Part shown: one piece after another, positions 13,290-28,130 of the stretch
Layout of the letters: each line of letters opens with the position of its first letter
How positions within the stretch are numbered: the stretch's first letter is position 1
Assembly: GCF_009914755.1 (NCBI RefSeq)
Contig: NC_060926.1
Reading direction: 5' to 3' (one strand)
DNA from: the human T2T-CHM13v2.0 reference genome, Homo sapiens
DNA length: 64,000 bases
The notes under the pieces: model-generated
Databases searched by the model: none
What the model saw: only the letters and a program-made list of their open reading frames with translations
Told to the model about the DNA's origin: nothing
Program-made: the position numbers and the translations under genes

Positions 13290-16200
13290 AAAAATAGTTT
13301 GTTTATCATTTTAAAAAAACTAACCTCATACAGGAAGTATGAGAAGCAGAAGAAGAAGAAGAAGAAAACCCAGGCTAAAATACTGGAAATGTCCACATTT
13401 GTTACAGATAAAATATGTGTTTCTCAGTTTCCATATTCAACTTTGCAGGGACGGTGGGAACAGGTAGGGTAGGGCACTGCGGGGGGGTGGGGACTTAGGA
13501 TGGATGGGGATCAAATAAAAAAGGTGACTGTGAGTACATGAGGCACAGGCTTGCCAGATGTGGGGCAGGACCACGACCCCAATCAGGGCCCTCTCTGCAG
13601 GTGTGGCTGTCCCACCCAGACTTGGAGAAGGGGATGCCTAAAACAGAAACTGTTATCCGAGATCCTCCTACTCACCTGCCTCTCTGGCCCCAGGTCCTGC
13701 CCTCGTGTGTGTTTCAGGTGAAGAAGCCAGAGTTACAAAATCATGATCACCTCCCTCCAATAGCCCTTCCAGACCTGCAGCCCCAGCAGCAGTCAGCTAT
13801 GGAGACACCGCCACCCAGGCCTTCCTTGGAAGCCTGAGGCCGTGCAGACCTTCAGGACAGCAAGCCCAAACGGGCGGACTTGCTTTGGTGTGATGGACAC
13901 AGACACGAGGCCACTGGAGGCAGACAGGAGTCAGATCTGATGCCTGACATGGAGCCAGGTGCCCTCGGGGAAATGTGGCTCAACTGGATTTTTTTAAATG
14001 GGGCTGGAGGACTCACAACCTCCACATGAGGATTAGAGTGGAGAAAAACAGTGAGAATAAAGAGTATGTCCTCTTTCATAGAACCAATCAGTAGGAGAGA
14101 AGGAAATAGGAATTCTCCCTTCTCATAATAAAAAAATAAATGCAAACACTGTATAACGTGCACACATTAAAAAGATATCAACTGAAGGATTTTAAGTCAT
14201 TGCGATTGGTGTCAAAGAAAGCAATTGGTATGAGAGAATGAACGAACGAAAGAAAGAGAGAAAAAAAGAGAAAAACTGTACACCAAAATCTCAAAATAGA
14301 ACCAAAACCTGCAAATCATACTCAGGAGTCTATTGTGAACCCATATTTCAGCATGCTGTTGAAAAGGTTAATAATTTTCCTACCGAAACTGAATGTGGGT
14401 TGTGAAAGAACATTAAAATGAAGAAAATTTCCCCGTGGCTGCTATTATATTATCACCAAAGCCATCAAGTTTCAGTTTGAGTTATTTGTATTTATTTGTG
14501 AAAACAAAGATTAGATAAGTAGAAACATAAACCTCATCCTAATTATTGTCCTGGAGGATCTGATTTTTAAGACCAAAAAAATAAGACCATCACACACACA
14601 GAGGCAACACAAGGTATGAGAAGTTACAACAGCAGAGGCAAGGGAGAGGAGGCTGTTATCTCGTTCTATCATTTGAAAAAAATGTATTGTCTCATGTAAA
14701 ACATTAATAGTTGCTTACAGTCTGCGAAGATAATATGAGAGTCAATATGTACTTTTAGCTGTTGACATTTTTGTCAACTATATACCCAGGTGGAGAACTT
14801 TTCTTTTAAACTGCAAACTAGAATTTTTGTTTTACACTTGCAAAAGTGTAGTAAAAGCCATACAATTCAATGTTGAACATTGGGGTGGTGGGGGAAATGG
14901 AATTTAAATGCTGCTTTAAACGATCAAAACAAGAGCTTTGGGACATTTACAACCAAGTGGGGTCTAGAGAAAACACAATGTTTAGGTGCAGAGCTGGCTC
15001 TTATTTCAAATTTGTCTCAGATGCCCAGGGGGCAGCTTGTTTTCTGAAGTTTTAAAAGAAATCCAAAGATGAAATAGTTAATCAGAAACAATGGGTAAGC
15101 AGAGACTTCATGTATTTCCATCACAACATAAGCATCAGAATGAAAAAAAAAAAAAAAACATGCAAAAAAGAGCTTCAGTGGTCTCACATCACCGAACAAA
15201 CTGTTTTTCTACCTATTTTGTGTTGCTGGCTTTTGTTATCAGCCCAATCGGCAAATTGTGGCCAATTTTGTCATGGTTTGAGCAGACATTTTGTTCCCAA
15301 ACTGCTTTCAACATTTTAGCTACCAAATACAGTTTATGAGAAAATGAACAAGCCACAATACAAACAGAAAAGGTACCTTTTCTTACCAAATTAACCCCCT
15401 TTAAGCTTAAAATGCAAAAGTTTTTTTTTAATGCAAAAAAAAAGGAATTCTAGTAAATTCAAATTCTGAAACAACCTCATCAGTTTTTTCCTGGAAAAAG
15501 GATAATTAATGATTAACCTACTGATGGATTTTGAAACCAACTACACGACATTCCCTGATTCCGACCACCATGACACCATGAAACTAGTTTTTAATGACAC
15601 AGTATGTAAATGCTATTTTGCAAAAACACACACCAAATATTGTTTGAAGATGCAGATCACGAGGCTCAAGGAGAACAGTAGAACTATGTTAAAGTAAAGT
15701 AATCGGTTAAGCAGTTATTTACTACTGAAAATAAGTGACACCCACGTAGTTCATGTTATATATTAATATTGAAACCAAATGACAGTCTAATACCGCAAAT
15801 CATTTCATAAAAAAAAGAATGAAACTAGTTAAAATTAAAACACAGGGTTTTATTTTATAAAGCATTAAATATTCAGATCAAAACGGTAGAAAGCTGACTT
15901 GGCTTTTAAAATATTTGTTTTGCTGAATTTCAACAACAGATTGAAAATGAAAAAAAAAAAGAATGAAAGATCTCTCCGTAAAAATTTAAGAATCACTACT
16001 GAGAAGAAAAGCAGAATTTCAGACAGAGGCTTGAAGAAAACTTCTGTTTGTAATCTTCCCTCATATTTGAAGACACAGCAATATGTACAACATTTTTAGC
16101 CTTTTAAAATACCAGCATGCCCACACACTGTCTCAGATTAAAACAAGGAGAAAATGACACATTCTGAAACCATTTTCTAAAGCTTCTTTTCCTGATAACA

Positions 16201-18370
16201 GTGAGGCGCTTACAATCAAATTAATGAGTTTCTAAAAAGCCCAAACAACTCTCCATAAAGAAACAGAATTGTTCATAACAGCATGCAGATATTTCTAGAT
16301 TTTTCAGACAACACTTTGAGCATTAGTTCTTGCTACTTACTTTGGAAGATGTTTTTAAACATCTATATTAGAAAGAAATACTACTCAGTGCTTTGCTTTG
16401 TTAAATTGAGGAACACTCTGAAAAACACCAATAGAGTCAGCCCAGTATTTCCCTCATTTCAATTTAAAAATTAGTTAACTCTTCCCCACACTCCTTGCAC
16501 ACATATGTATTCTCACAATTTATTTATACTTGAAAATTCTTAAAGTAGTGAAGAAAGGAAACACCCACAGAAAATAAGTCATCATTTCTTCTGAAAGTGG
16601 ATTTCTTCATAAAACATAAACCAGCAAATAAACAGTGAAAAGAACTAAAAGCAAATAACAAAACTCAGTAAGAACACTGAAAAATACATATTGACTGATA
16701 GAAAAGTTAGCACAGGACATTTTAAATCATTGAGAAGAATAGGGACATTTGTGGTCAGTTTAAAAGATTCTCAGTGAAAGGTTGGCATTGCTTCTGGGCA
16801 AGCTGAACTGATGAGAGCACCAAGGTAATAACATCTTCCATTCAAGATAATGTGTTATGTTGTTTAACACCGTATCTAAAACATGTGACTCAGAATTCTT
16901 ACTTCACTTTTTTATATTTCAATTTTTTCAGTATTATAGGATTCTTCTGGTACTTTAAAGCAAGTAGCCTGATTTATATAAGACAACAGCATTTAAAAAC
17001 AGACAAAACAGCCTTGAAAAAAAAAAACATGACGATTAAAGATGACAGTGGATGAGGAGACCGTGGTAATCACCTAATTTGTTACTTTCAGACATTTTCT
17101 GTATGAGAATTTTACTCTGCAATACCTGCCCCTATCTTCATGCAGCATAACTGAATGTTCACATTCAGAAAAAGCCTGACCTTAACTAGTACTTGCCACT
17201 CTTTTAAACCACATATCCTCTTCCCCCGATGTAAGACTTGGGAAATGAGGGTGATTTTAGTCATCTGGAAAGAGTGAAACAGGACATGGTCTTGAAGCAC
17301 TTTCTTCAGAACCGTTGTCATTTTAACTTTGTTTTACCACAACAGAAAAGGCCGTGCCCACGGAACAAATTCAAGTTCACCCTCAATTGTATCTGTAACT
17401 CTGGAATTTCTTAAAAGCAGACTGGCACAGCACAAAAGCTTTCCTTAAATAGTCAAAGCATTAAGAAAAAAAATCCCACTTTTCTTTTGCAAGTATATGA
17501 ATTAAAATGTGAACTCTTATATATTAAAAATGAATGTTTTTAGCACAATTACTTCACAGGCAACCAGCTAATTTTTTCTTCCTCTTTTTCACAATATGCA
17601 TTTGTTAAAACACCAAGATTTTTTTTTAAACTCTGTTACATTTACAGGCATTCCTAAGTGTAAGCAAAATATACTTTTCCTCCCATTTACCATTTTATTT
17701 GAAGCCAATCTGTCATGTATAAAATGATGACAATTTTGTTAAAACAATCTGGCTTTAGAGGTTAGGGCTAGCTCAAATGTAGATTTAGAAAATTGAGCTT
17801 TTTCTCTTTTAAAAGCAATGAATAATTTACCAAAATCTAGAAATAACTGCAACTGGAGGGGGGAAAGTCAGACAAGAATGAAAGAAGCCAAGGAACTCAG
17901 AATTCTTGCCCCGGAAATGAGGGACTCTTGCACTTCATTTTCTGTTGTCCACTAAATAAATAAATAAATAAATAAATAAAAATTGATTTCTAGTTATAAA
18001 ATTAAATGTGTAACAAGTTTAAGAAATTTACAATATGTTAGATACAAATATATATAAGTGAGCTTAGAAAGGTAAATTGCATTTCTTAGAGCATAAATCC
18101 AGCCCCCTGTGCTAATGCTATTGTGAGTTGACAAGACAGATACAGACACTGGATCTACACCACTGAAAACAGGATGATTTTGGTTGTAAACTTGGATTAG
18201 TGCGAAACCATTCTCTTCTGACAGGGTCTGTCGGCACAATTGAAAGGCATAGTCGACACCGGTGGACCATGGAGAGTGGAATGGATTTCTGATAGTCACC
18301 TAAAACCTTTCACTGATGTTGGCTTGAAAGCTGCTTAATTAGCTGTAGGCTGCCAACCAATCTCCTTATC
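13290..18370 (-). other. Long repeat-free AU/U-rich 3'UTR-like block
   Basis: ~5 kb with no recognisable TE in an otherwise repeat-rich region. Many U-tracts on the minus strand, a Pumilio-type TGTACATA at 16089-16082, and minus-strand AATAAA at 14496-14491, ~15850, ~16520 and ~17695. Confidence 0.55.
17953..17982. repeat. (TAAA)n microsatellite
   Basis: taaataaataaataaataaataaataaaa read directly. Confidence 0.9.
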
Positions 18371-18619
18371 AAAGCCAGCTGAAAACAAAACTGAGAGAAA
18401 CAGCTTGTGGTTTCGCAAAAATGTATTTACATGAAGTATATTTTAAAGGGAGTTTGATCATTAGGTACGATGTCATCTGTGATGTGCGGTGGGTTTGACA
18501 TTTAAAGATGTCACAGGTTGTCAGATTCATCTCCAGTCTATACTTAGTTGAGATGTAACAACTTCTGCTAGCAGATCTTGTTCTGTTGATTTCCAGCCTA
18601 GAAATCTGAAAAGATTTAA

Positions 18620-18925
<306 letters not shown>

Positions 18926-21912
18926 GAAAAGATTTAACTGTTATTTACTTCATGCCAATCCTTCTCATGTCCTCTCACCTCCTTACCCATGATCTATTAA
19001 AAAGGAAGTGAAGTGGTGGGTGACACGTGGAACATAAGCCTATTTTTGTACCTAGTCCCAAGGATGGTGACAGAGGCAAAAATACCGCCGTGAACACAGG
19101 CCAGGCAGAGAGAGTTGCCGATAGGTGTGTGCTTCCTAAAATCAAGAAGGATCCACATCTTTCTAGCCCGTTATTTCACTGCGATTTGTATTGAAAAGAA
19201 CATTCTGACAAGACGGGATTTCCTTCAGTTAACACTTAAAAATTGTCGAAACCAAGGAAAACCCAGAGTGAAAGCAAACGTTCTACCTCGTCGAAAGCTA
19301 TCTTGATAGAAGTCATACCAAAGCAGCAGCAAAAGATCCCAGATAAATGTCGACCTTCAGGTATCCTCAACCAGGAACGTGGTTCGGTAGTTTTGTCAGT
19401 GTGTTTAGCCATCAAGATTTAATGCTTTATATTTTATCAAGAGATGGAGACATGAATCACTACCATTTAACTGTTACAAGAATGACGTCTGGTGAATGTT
19501 TAGTCATCCATTCACTCTTTTCCAAATGTCACTTTCTGTCTTGCCTAATTCGTTGGAAATGAAAATTAAGCTCTAAAAGAGAAATTAAGACAAACCAGAA
19601 CAGACCCAAGTGAAATCAGCACTCTGTCACCGATAACACCCCTGAACCACAGAACCTCAGCAACAGGACCGCACAGATCTCTCAAACAGAAAGGGAAATG
19701 GTCAGTAAAATTACAGGAAAAAAAAGGTTCATTCAACTTCGAAACTTTGTTACTTATGACCCTTCTTCCACCTTAATTCATATGGCAGAGGTCAAGGGGT
19801 ATTAGTCCCAGGATATGAATGCAGTGTGATGTGCAGTTAGCAACATAGTTTTTAAAGGGTAATAGAAAAAAAAGCTTTATAAAACTGCGCTACTCATCAA
19901 TTATTTTCCATAGTTTGCTTTAAAAAGGCCTTCTTCCCAAACCCAATTATTCCATTGTTAATCATCTTGTTTGAAAAAGAACTGTGGCATGAAATCTGTC
20001 AATATAGGTTGCCATTCAAGCCCAGGAGAACCAGGCAAAAGGAAGTCCCCAACCAGGGTTCTGACAGCAGTTAGAAAAGGTAGAAGGCCAGGGGCTCAGG
20101 GAACAAGCAGGGGACAGTAATGACTGTGGCCTATCACCTGTTCTGTATCTGTCTCCTTAGCAGGAAATAGCAACTTTGATTATTTTATAAATTCAAAGGC
20201 AACCAGACTTCATTTACTAGGAGCTCTCTTCTACTTGGCTGAGCTGTGGCCTTCATTTGAGGCGTTACCAAAAGCAGTGCATGAATACCAGGAAAGCTGG
20301 TCTGCAATGAGGAGTGGAATGAAGGGCTTCACTCTCCCCCAAAGCACCAGGGAGCTCTGCTTTTGGGTCCTCCATGCCGAGACAACCCATTCTGCCAGCT
20401 CCTTTGAACACTAGACTGAGGTTCTAGCCCAGTACACCGAAGTCCCAGGGACAGCTGATCAGCAAATTGGCATTATGGATCAGTTTCGAGGAGGACAAAT
20501 AAAGAAAGAGTTACAGTAAAGCACAAAAGCGTGTCTGATGGAGCTAATCCAGAATGGGCAATGTTAGACTGCACAGTAAAATGTGAACTCCTCCATTTCA
20601 GCAAATCAAAGGGACTTCCCACATTGTCAAGGTCTCCTTCCCACCTGCCTCTGGCCCCAGGTGCAGACGAGAAGCCAGAGAGGCAATGTGGTGTGCCCCA
20701 CATGCCCCTCCCTTCATCACTGGGTTTGTTGTTGATACTGTTCCCACTGCGTTTATTCGGTGACTCTGCCTGCAAAGCTTCCTTTCTGCTGCTGCCTGTT
20801 GCTAGGGAATGAACCTTAATCACTGCGAGAGAACAACAGCAACAGCAATCTTCACTTGGCACGAGCAAGCACAAATGTCTCAGTTTAGTGACAATGTAGA
20901 AATCATCCCTAAAAGCATCCTCATTTACATCTTCCCTCAGAAGGATGGCAACATTTGCCCTGTCATGAAATACATATTCTCTTCATCATAATGTCAGAGA
21001 TGGTGCATTTGGAGTGGATCCTATTTCCATATTGAATTTCTGCCCTTTGTCATCAAGCTGGGTGTCCAGGGTGACTTCGGGCTCTTAGAATAGCTTGGCT
21101 GTGGATCTCACCTAGTTGTCAGCCTCTATTTAATTGTTTTTTTTTTCTTGGAGTAAAAAAGCAAACCGCATCGTCAAAGCATTTAAAAACACAAACCAAA
21201 GGAAACTGGGTTTCCAAGCTTTAAGCAGATGTTATTTACCCACAATTTATTTCCAAGAAGTAACTGAGAAACCATTGCCATTTTTCATCAGTATTCAATT
21301 AGAAGCATAAAATCGTCACTGTACCAATGATCTATAACATGGTTCTTGCTGGAGATAAGTGAAAAGCAACCTATGTCCTCAAACTCTAGCTCACCTCAAT
21401 TCTGGGGTTGCGGCTTCCCCAACCCTTTTATGTGCTTTCATGGGGGTGGCCAGAGGCTGGCCACTGCTGGTTGCAGGGACTGGGAAGCTGGCAGAGATGA
21501 GCAAGCAGGGCCCTCTCCAGCAGCCACCACCCCAGCTAAAGAGAAGTCCAAGGGTTACTTTGTGGTTTGAGGGGCACCTCCTTTTCTCTGGCACTGGGAG
21601 GATGGACCCGGTCACTGAGCAACACACAGGCCTCATGCCTCAGGCTTCCCTTGGGTAGTGGAGTCCCACCTGTGGGGACTGGCTCTGCTGGGCTCCCAAG
21701 GAGGGGAGAGCAGGGCCAAGGTCTGTGCTTCTCACCTTCGCCCCTGCCCAGAATGGTGTTTGGTTCAGAGTTGACGCTGGGTGAGCATCTGCTGCAGTGG
21801 TGGGATGGATGGTGTGAACCGACCCCCTAGCTTGGGACTCAACCACAGTTCCGAGGTTGGCACAGATTGGTACAGGGAGATGGGCAATGCTGGAACTGCC
21901 AATCATTGAGGT

Positions 21913-22217
21913 ATCTTGGCCTCTATATCTGTGGGTTCCACATTACTGGATTCAACCCACTATGGATTGAAATATTTAAAAATAATAAAACAATAAAAAT
22001 AATGCCAATAAAAATATCATAACAAGTGTTTACATAGTATTTATGTTGCATTAGATATTATAAGTAATCTAGAGATTATTTAAAGTACACAAGAGGATCT
22101 GTGTAGGTTACAGGCAAATATTATGCCAGTTTGTATCAGAGACTTGAGCATCCTTGGAGTTTGATATCCATAGGAGATCCTAGAATCAATTCCCCATGGA
22201 TACCAAGGGACAACTAC
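21913..22217. mobile_element. MER2 (TcMar-Tigger) element
   Basis: ctctatatctgtgggttccaca...ggattcaacc...aatctagagattatttaaagtac...ccccatggataccaagggacaact. Confidence 0.85.
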
Positions 22218-24125
22218 ACATTGTGTAAATTACCAAATTTGCTCAACATTCTGAGGCAACTACTCTTAATATCCTCATTAGAGAGAAGGAAGTTAACAGA
22301 GGGGTGGTTAACCTGCTGCAGATAACAATAAGTCAAGAGTTAGAGAAGGATTGCAGATGTCCTTGCCTTTTTACCACACCTTCTCTGCCATTGGAGTCAG
22401 TGGCCACCACCTCACAGCTTATGGACACCCTTCCCCAGAGGCTGTAGGTCTGGCCCACATTCCTGCCTTCCTGATTGGAGTGTGACTTCTCCAGGACAGA
22501 TGCCATGGCCAGCTCAGTTCACTCTGTCTCTCTGGCACCAAGCACCCTGCCTGGAGCACCGTGGACCTTGGCATATGTTTACGGGACTCTCTGTTTTTTA
22601 AGAAGTAGTTTGCCATCTCTTGCACACAAAGCTTTCTAAAGCAAAGAGGAACTGTCTTCAACATTGGGTGTCTGGATCTCTACTAAGAGCAAGAACTTCG
22701 TAGACCTAGAGCAGACTCACCACTGTCACCGTATTTATCCCAGGAGGTGCGCCTTTCCGGAATCACCTTGTGTATTAGTTTGTCAATGCATTCCTTCATT
22801 TATTCATACCACTGTCTGAGTGATTAGTACACACCAGGATGAAGCCTTTCACACTGATGTAGACACGAATAAAAATCTTTTCACAGTTGCCCTGTTAGCC
22901 ATGTCAGCAGGATCTTGAGATAAAACAGAAAAGCAAAACTACACACGGTTGTTTATCCAATTTAATAACATTTATCTCAGAAGGTGAGAGTGTGTATAAT
23001 CTTCACAATCAAGAGTAGAACATGTCTGGCACACCTAATCCAAGGTTCTGCTGAAAATTCTCATGGGCAGAGCAAGGAAAATGGGAAGGCACGCCTGCTG
23101 AAAGATGGATGGCCATTGGTAACTCAGAAAGAACCGCTTCTCTGTCACGTTGGGTCAGGTCTATGATGCAATCACCCTGTGCCAGAGGGAGCCTGCCTGT
23201 GTTGGGAGAAGCAGGGCTTTCATGCCAAGGAAAGAATCCAATAAGTCTCTCACAGAAAAAAAGTGTATTAGATTGATGGTTCCAATAGCATTATTATTAT
23301 TTGTTATGATTTTTTAAAAGTATTACTATTTTTATTATTAACCACTTTGGGATTGCAAAGTGTCTCCCAGTTCACAGGAGCTTTTGTACACATGGTTTCA
23401 CCTAAACTTCAAAACTGTCCGGAGAGGTAGGAGAGGCAGATTCATTCATTCATTGGTTGAGTTGCTATTTGACACACGCCCACCTGTTATCAGGGCCCTG
23501 GGCCCCTCCCCCATAGCATCGCTGCACTAGTGGAACCAGCCCAGAGAGAGCACAAGACTATGTGTGTCAGGAAAAGAAGGAAAGAAAAAAAGACACGCAG
23601 AGTTTTCTTTCCCTTTCCTGAGTCTAGCTTACTTTAGACTTACTTTCCCTGTTCCTCTAGCTCCCACCAGGCTAGGATGGGGCCATAGTGTCCCCAGGCT
23701 GCCCCCCAACCCCATGCCCACCCCCTCTCCTGAACTACTCGGCACTTCCTTTCCTTCCCGCCCCCACCGCTCTGCCCTGGAAAGACTGGGGAGGCCATCT
23801 GTGCCGTCTCTTCTCCCAGACCAGTGGTTAACAGAACTCCCAGAGGAGGCTCCTGTGTGTGTGCAACTCTAATAGCAGGATTTCAGGCCTCATTTGTGGC
23901 CAAGACAGTGCGGAGGTGACCTTTGGCGACAGGCCTATCTCATTAGCGTGTAGTCTACAAGATTCTCCCAGGGAGCTCTCGGATGGACTGTTTCTCCTCG
24001 CCTGAGATCTTCCCCTGCTTGGCCTGAAGTCCCACTTTGAGGGAGTGGGTGGCTGTGGTCATGGGGAAGGCTGGGGGGGTAGGCTACCTGCAGCAGCCCC
24101 TCTTGGACCCCCCAGGTCGTGGTAG

Positions 24126-24603
<478 letters not shown>

Positions 24604-24996
24604 CTTCATATTGTTTTTTAAGAAAAAAATATAAAAATGCTGTCTTTGATCTTTTTTTAACAAGCAATTTTATGTATATTGGCAAAAAATAAAAAGGTAG
24701 AAAAAAGGCAACAGGAGAAATAAGAAGGAAAAGGAGGAGGAAAAAGAGGATGACAAGAGGAGAAATGGTTTGGGATGAGACAAAAAAGGAAGCGTAAAAG
24801 TTAACATAGAAACTGACCTCATTCAGAGAGACCCTAGAGGAAGACACAGCCTCCCTTTGGACTCAGATGCTTATTGCATAGAATATTTTAAAAGCAATTG
24901 GAGAAATTAAAGGGAAAAGGTGCTTTGGTCCCAGACTTTCACTATTCCATGGAGCACCATCCTTTAACTCTGGGAAAAGTTGCTCTTACCTTGTTA

Positions 24997-25316
<320 letters not shown>

Positions 25317-27844
25317 GTATCCCTTTGTGTACCTAGCACGGTGGAGGACTGTTTTAAAAGCAGGTCAGAAGATGAAGCCAGTAAGACTTACTGCGGGACT
25401 GTAAGCACAAAACTGAAAACCCCTGCTATGGAAATAAATCTATGCCTCTGAAGAACAAATCCAAAGCGATGACTCAGGGAGGCAGCAGGGGGCATCCTTC
25501 CAGGCACTTTTAATAAACTCTAGTTTTAATGGAAAATATTTCAACAATGGTGATAATTCTGCAATTTATTTGCAAAGTCAAAAAATGTTGTTTTTTTTAA
25601 AAAAAAAAGATTCACCTATTATGATTTTCTCTGTAATTCTTAGCTGTGACTCCATAAACACTACCTCGCAGTAATAGAGAGGCTTTTGCCGGGACGCTGA
25701 CTGCCAAGTTTGGGAAGCCATAGTCCTAAGGTGATAAAAAGCCCAACTTCAGGAACGTAAGTGTAGGGGAGCTTCCAGGCATCCAGCAGTCCCCAATTCA
25801 GGGCAGGTCTTGCTAGTGTCAAACTCAGCTTCCGGGACTCTCCTGGTGCTCAGAAGATGCTCTGTAAAAAAACTCCACCACCATTCCTCAGGCCAGCAGC
25901 CCCAGCCTGGACAAATGCACCATCCTTCATATTCCACCACTCTCAACACACACCCTGTTTGCCTCTTTCTTCTTTCTGTTCATTAGCTTTTTATTCTAAC
26001 CTTCTTTGCAATGTCAATGAAACTGGCATGCAGCTTGTTTCTGATAAACCCATTTCACACTCGGATGGACACTTCCCTGTTTGGAAGTTTATTTCTAATA
26101 TTACATTCCAGGACGTCCTCCCTTGGTTTCGCCCCATTACTCTGGTTACCCTTCTTTAGAGCATGTTAAATACTTCTTTTACCTCCTGGGTATCAGTAAC
26201 CTTCACGTGTGTGAGAGTTATGGTCTTTTTCCTGCCCAAGCTCCATTCAAGCAACTCAACATTCTTAATTCTTGAGAGTTTTTTTTTTTTTTCCACGAAA
26301 CTGTTCTTGGTGACTTTTCCTTCACTTCGGGTTCTCCTCTTTCCCTTCCTTCCATCTAGGTGTCCCCAGCTGAACGTGTGTGTTCAATTTTAGAAGGGGC
26401 CTGGGATCAGGAAAATGCTTATCAGCTTAGAGGCAATATACGTTAGCCTAAAACGCCCCACTGGTTGAATTACAAAAGTAGCCACAGCAGTAGCCTGGAA
26501 TAAGCCTGACGTTGAATGTCGTATTTCAGGCTTCACGTTGGGATCGTATGCAATCTACAGTTATAAACCCATCAGAAGTATGGCCATCCATGCCACGCTT
26601 TTCTGAATGGTATTTATTTTACATGGGCAGTGGATGGGATTTGATAACCGTTCTCTCCAGCAAGATGATTTTAGAAAGCGAAAGGCGAACTGGCTTTTTT
26701 AGTTGTGGCACTGCCTCATTTGGAAAGAAAAAGTATGTCATGCTTTTGTTTCACAAATGCCATCACACGTTCAGGCATTTGTGGTTCCATGCTCAGGCGA
26801 TATCTTCATTTTGCTGCCACTTCCACACACGATTATTAATGCTGAAAATGGGCACAAATGTGTTAAAATAAAATTTCACAGCGGTGTAGTGTTTGCTGTC
26901 AGGAAGTAGGTAAATGGTCTACAACTGGGACAAAAGTTTGTGTGGAATTAAATATAATTAGTGTTAATTCCACTGGGGTGGAAGTTTTAAAATATATCAA
27001 ATATGCTCAAGAACTTTTTGTATGATAAGGGATACGTATTAGAGTCAAAAATAAAGACAGCCCATAGAAAAGGTGTGGGAAATGATACTCCAAGGCCATA
27101 GAATGGCTACTGACATTTGTTTTGTGAGCCACCTACAAAAATCATGTAGATAATTCTCACATACATACTTCCCTTAGAAAAATGGTGCACTTACAAATAG
27201 TAGATGCAAATGAAATCTAAACTAAGGTTGCAAAAGCACAAGTAGACCCTCCCAAGCTCAAAGCTCTCATAAAGCCATGGCATCTACATGCTGTGAAAAG
27301 CCTCGTGCTGTCCTTTTGAGCAGCCAGTGTTGCTGCAAACTGCCGGGGACCCACTTAGTTTCAAACATGATTTTTCCCCTGAAATAACGGCCTCCCATCT
27401 AATGGCACGCTGAGGTCACGGGGCACGGTGGAACCAGTCTGTGATCTGGGAGCCTGCCCCCAGAGACACACCAGTGGAACTCGTGAACCGTCTAGATTAA
27501 AAGATTAAAACGTCCTTACTGCAGGTCTTTATCATGAAGCCCATCTAATCAGTGGCACGTTTACTCAGAATAAAGAATGGCCCCTCTAAGGGAGGGGGGA
27601 AGGCAGCAAAGGGTCAGCAAGGAGCCCTGTGTGGGGGTCCTGCCGTCTGGGTTCCAGTCATTAAGAAAGCATATATTCTTTGAGCCTCCACTCCTGAATC
27701 TGTAAAACGAGAGCTCTGGACTCCAGGGTGGCTCTTGAGATTGTGTTTCTCCCTATAATTTCTATAATTTTTTGCAAATCACAACTACCTTCTCACTTTA
27801 TTATGCATAATGATTTAAATGCCCTGTTTCCATGAATGTGTATT

Positions 27845-28130
27845 CTTTTATTGTGCTAAAATAGGCATAGCATAAAATTTACTATTTTAACCATTTTTTA
27901 AGTGTACTCTTCAGTGGTATTAAGTACACTCACTGTGCTGTAGCTATCACCACCATCCATCTCCAGAGCTTTTTCATCTTCCCAGACAGAAACTCTGTCC
28001 CCATTAAACAATAACTCCTCATTCCCCCCCCTTGCCTCCAGCCACTAGTAACCACTGCTCTAATTTCTTTCTCTATGAATCTAACCCTTCCAGTTATCTC
28101 ATGTAAGTGGAATCCATACAATTTTTTTTA
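27845..28130 (-). mobile_element. L1M (L1MB-like) 3'-end fragment
   Basis: ttttattgtgctaaaata...aagtgtactcttcagtggtattaagtacactcac...catccatctccagagc...gtggaatccatacaa. Confidence 0.8.

Noticed and set aside
14761-14850. Two 7-bp-stem hairpins (gttgaca/tgtcaac; tacactt/aagtgta)
   Set aside because: Too short to exceed chance in AT-rich DNA without conservation data.
19287-22913. Identifying the fossil gene as an MGA paralog (GKTE at the 19544 block start, DKLI in the 22.7 kb block; MERTK/TYRO3 paralogon)
   Set aside because: Only 4-residue matches and no T-box or bHLH motif found; not supportable without a search.
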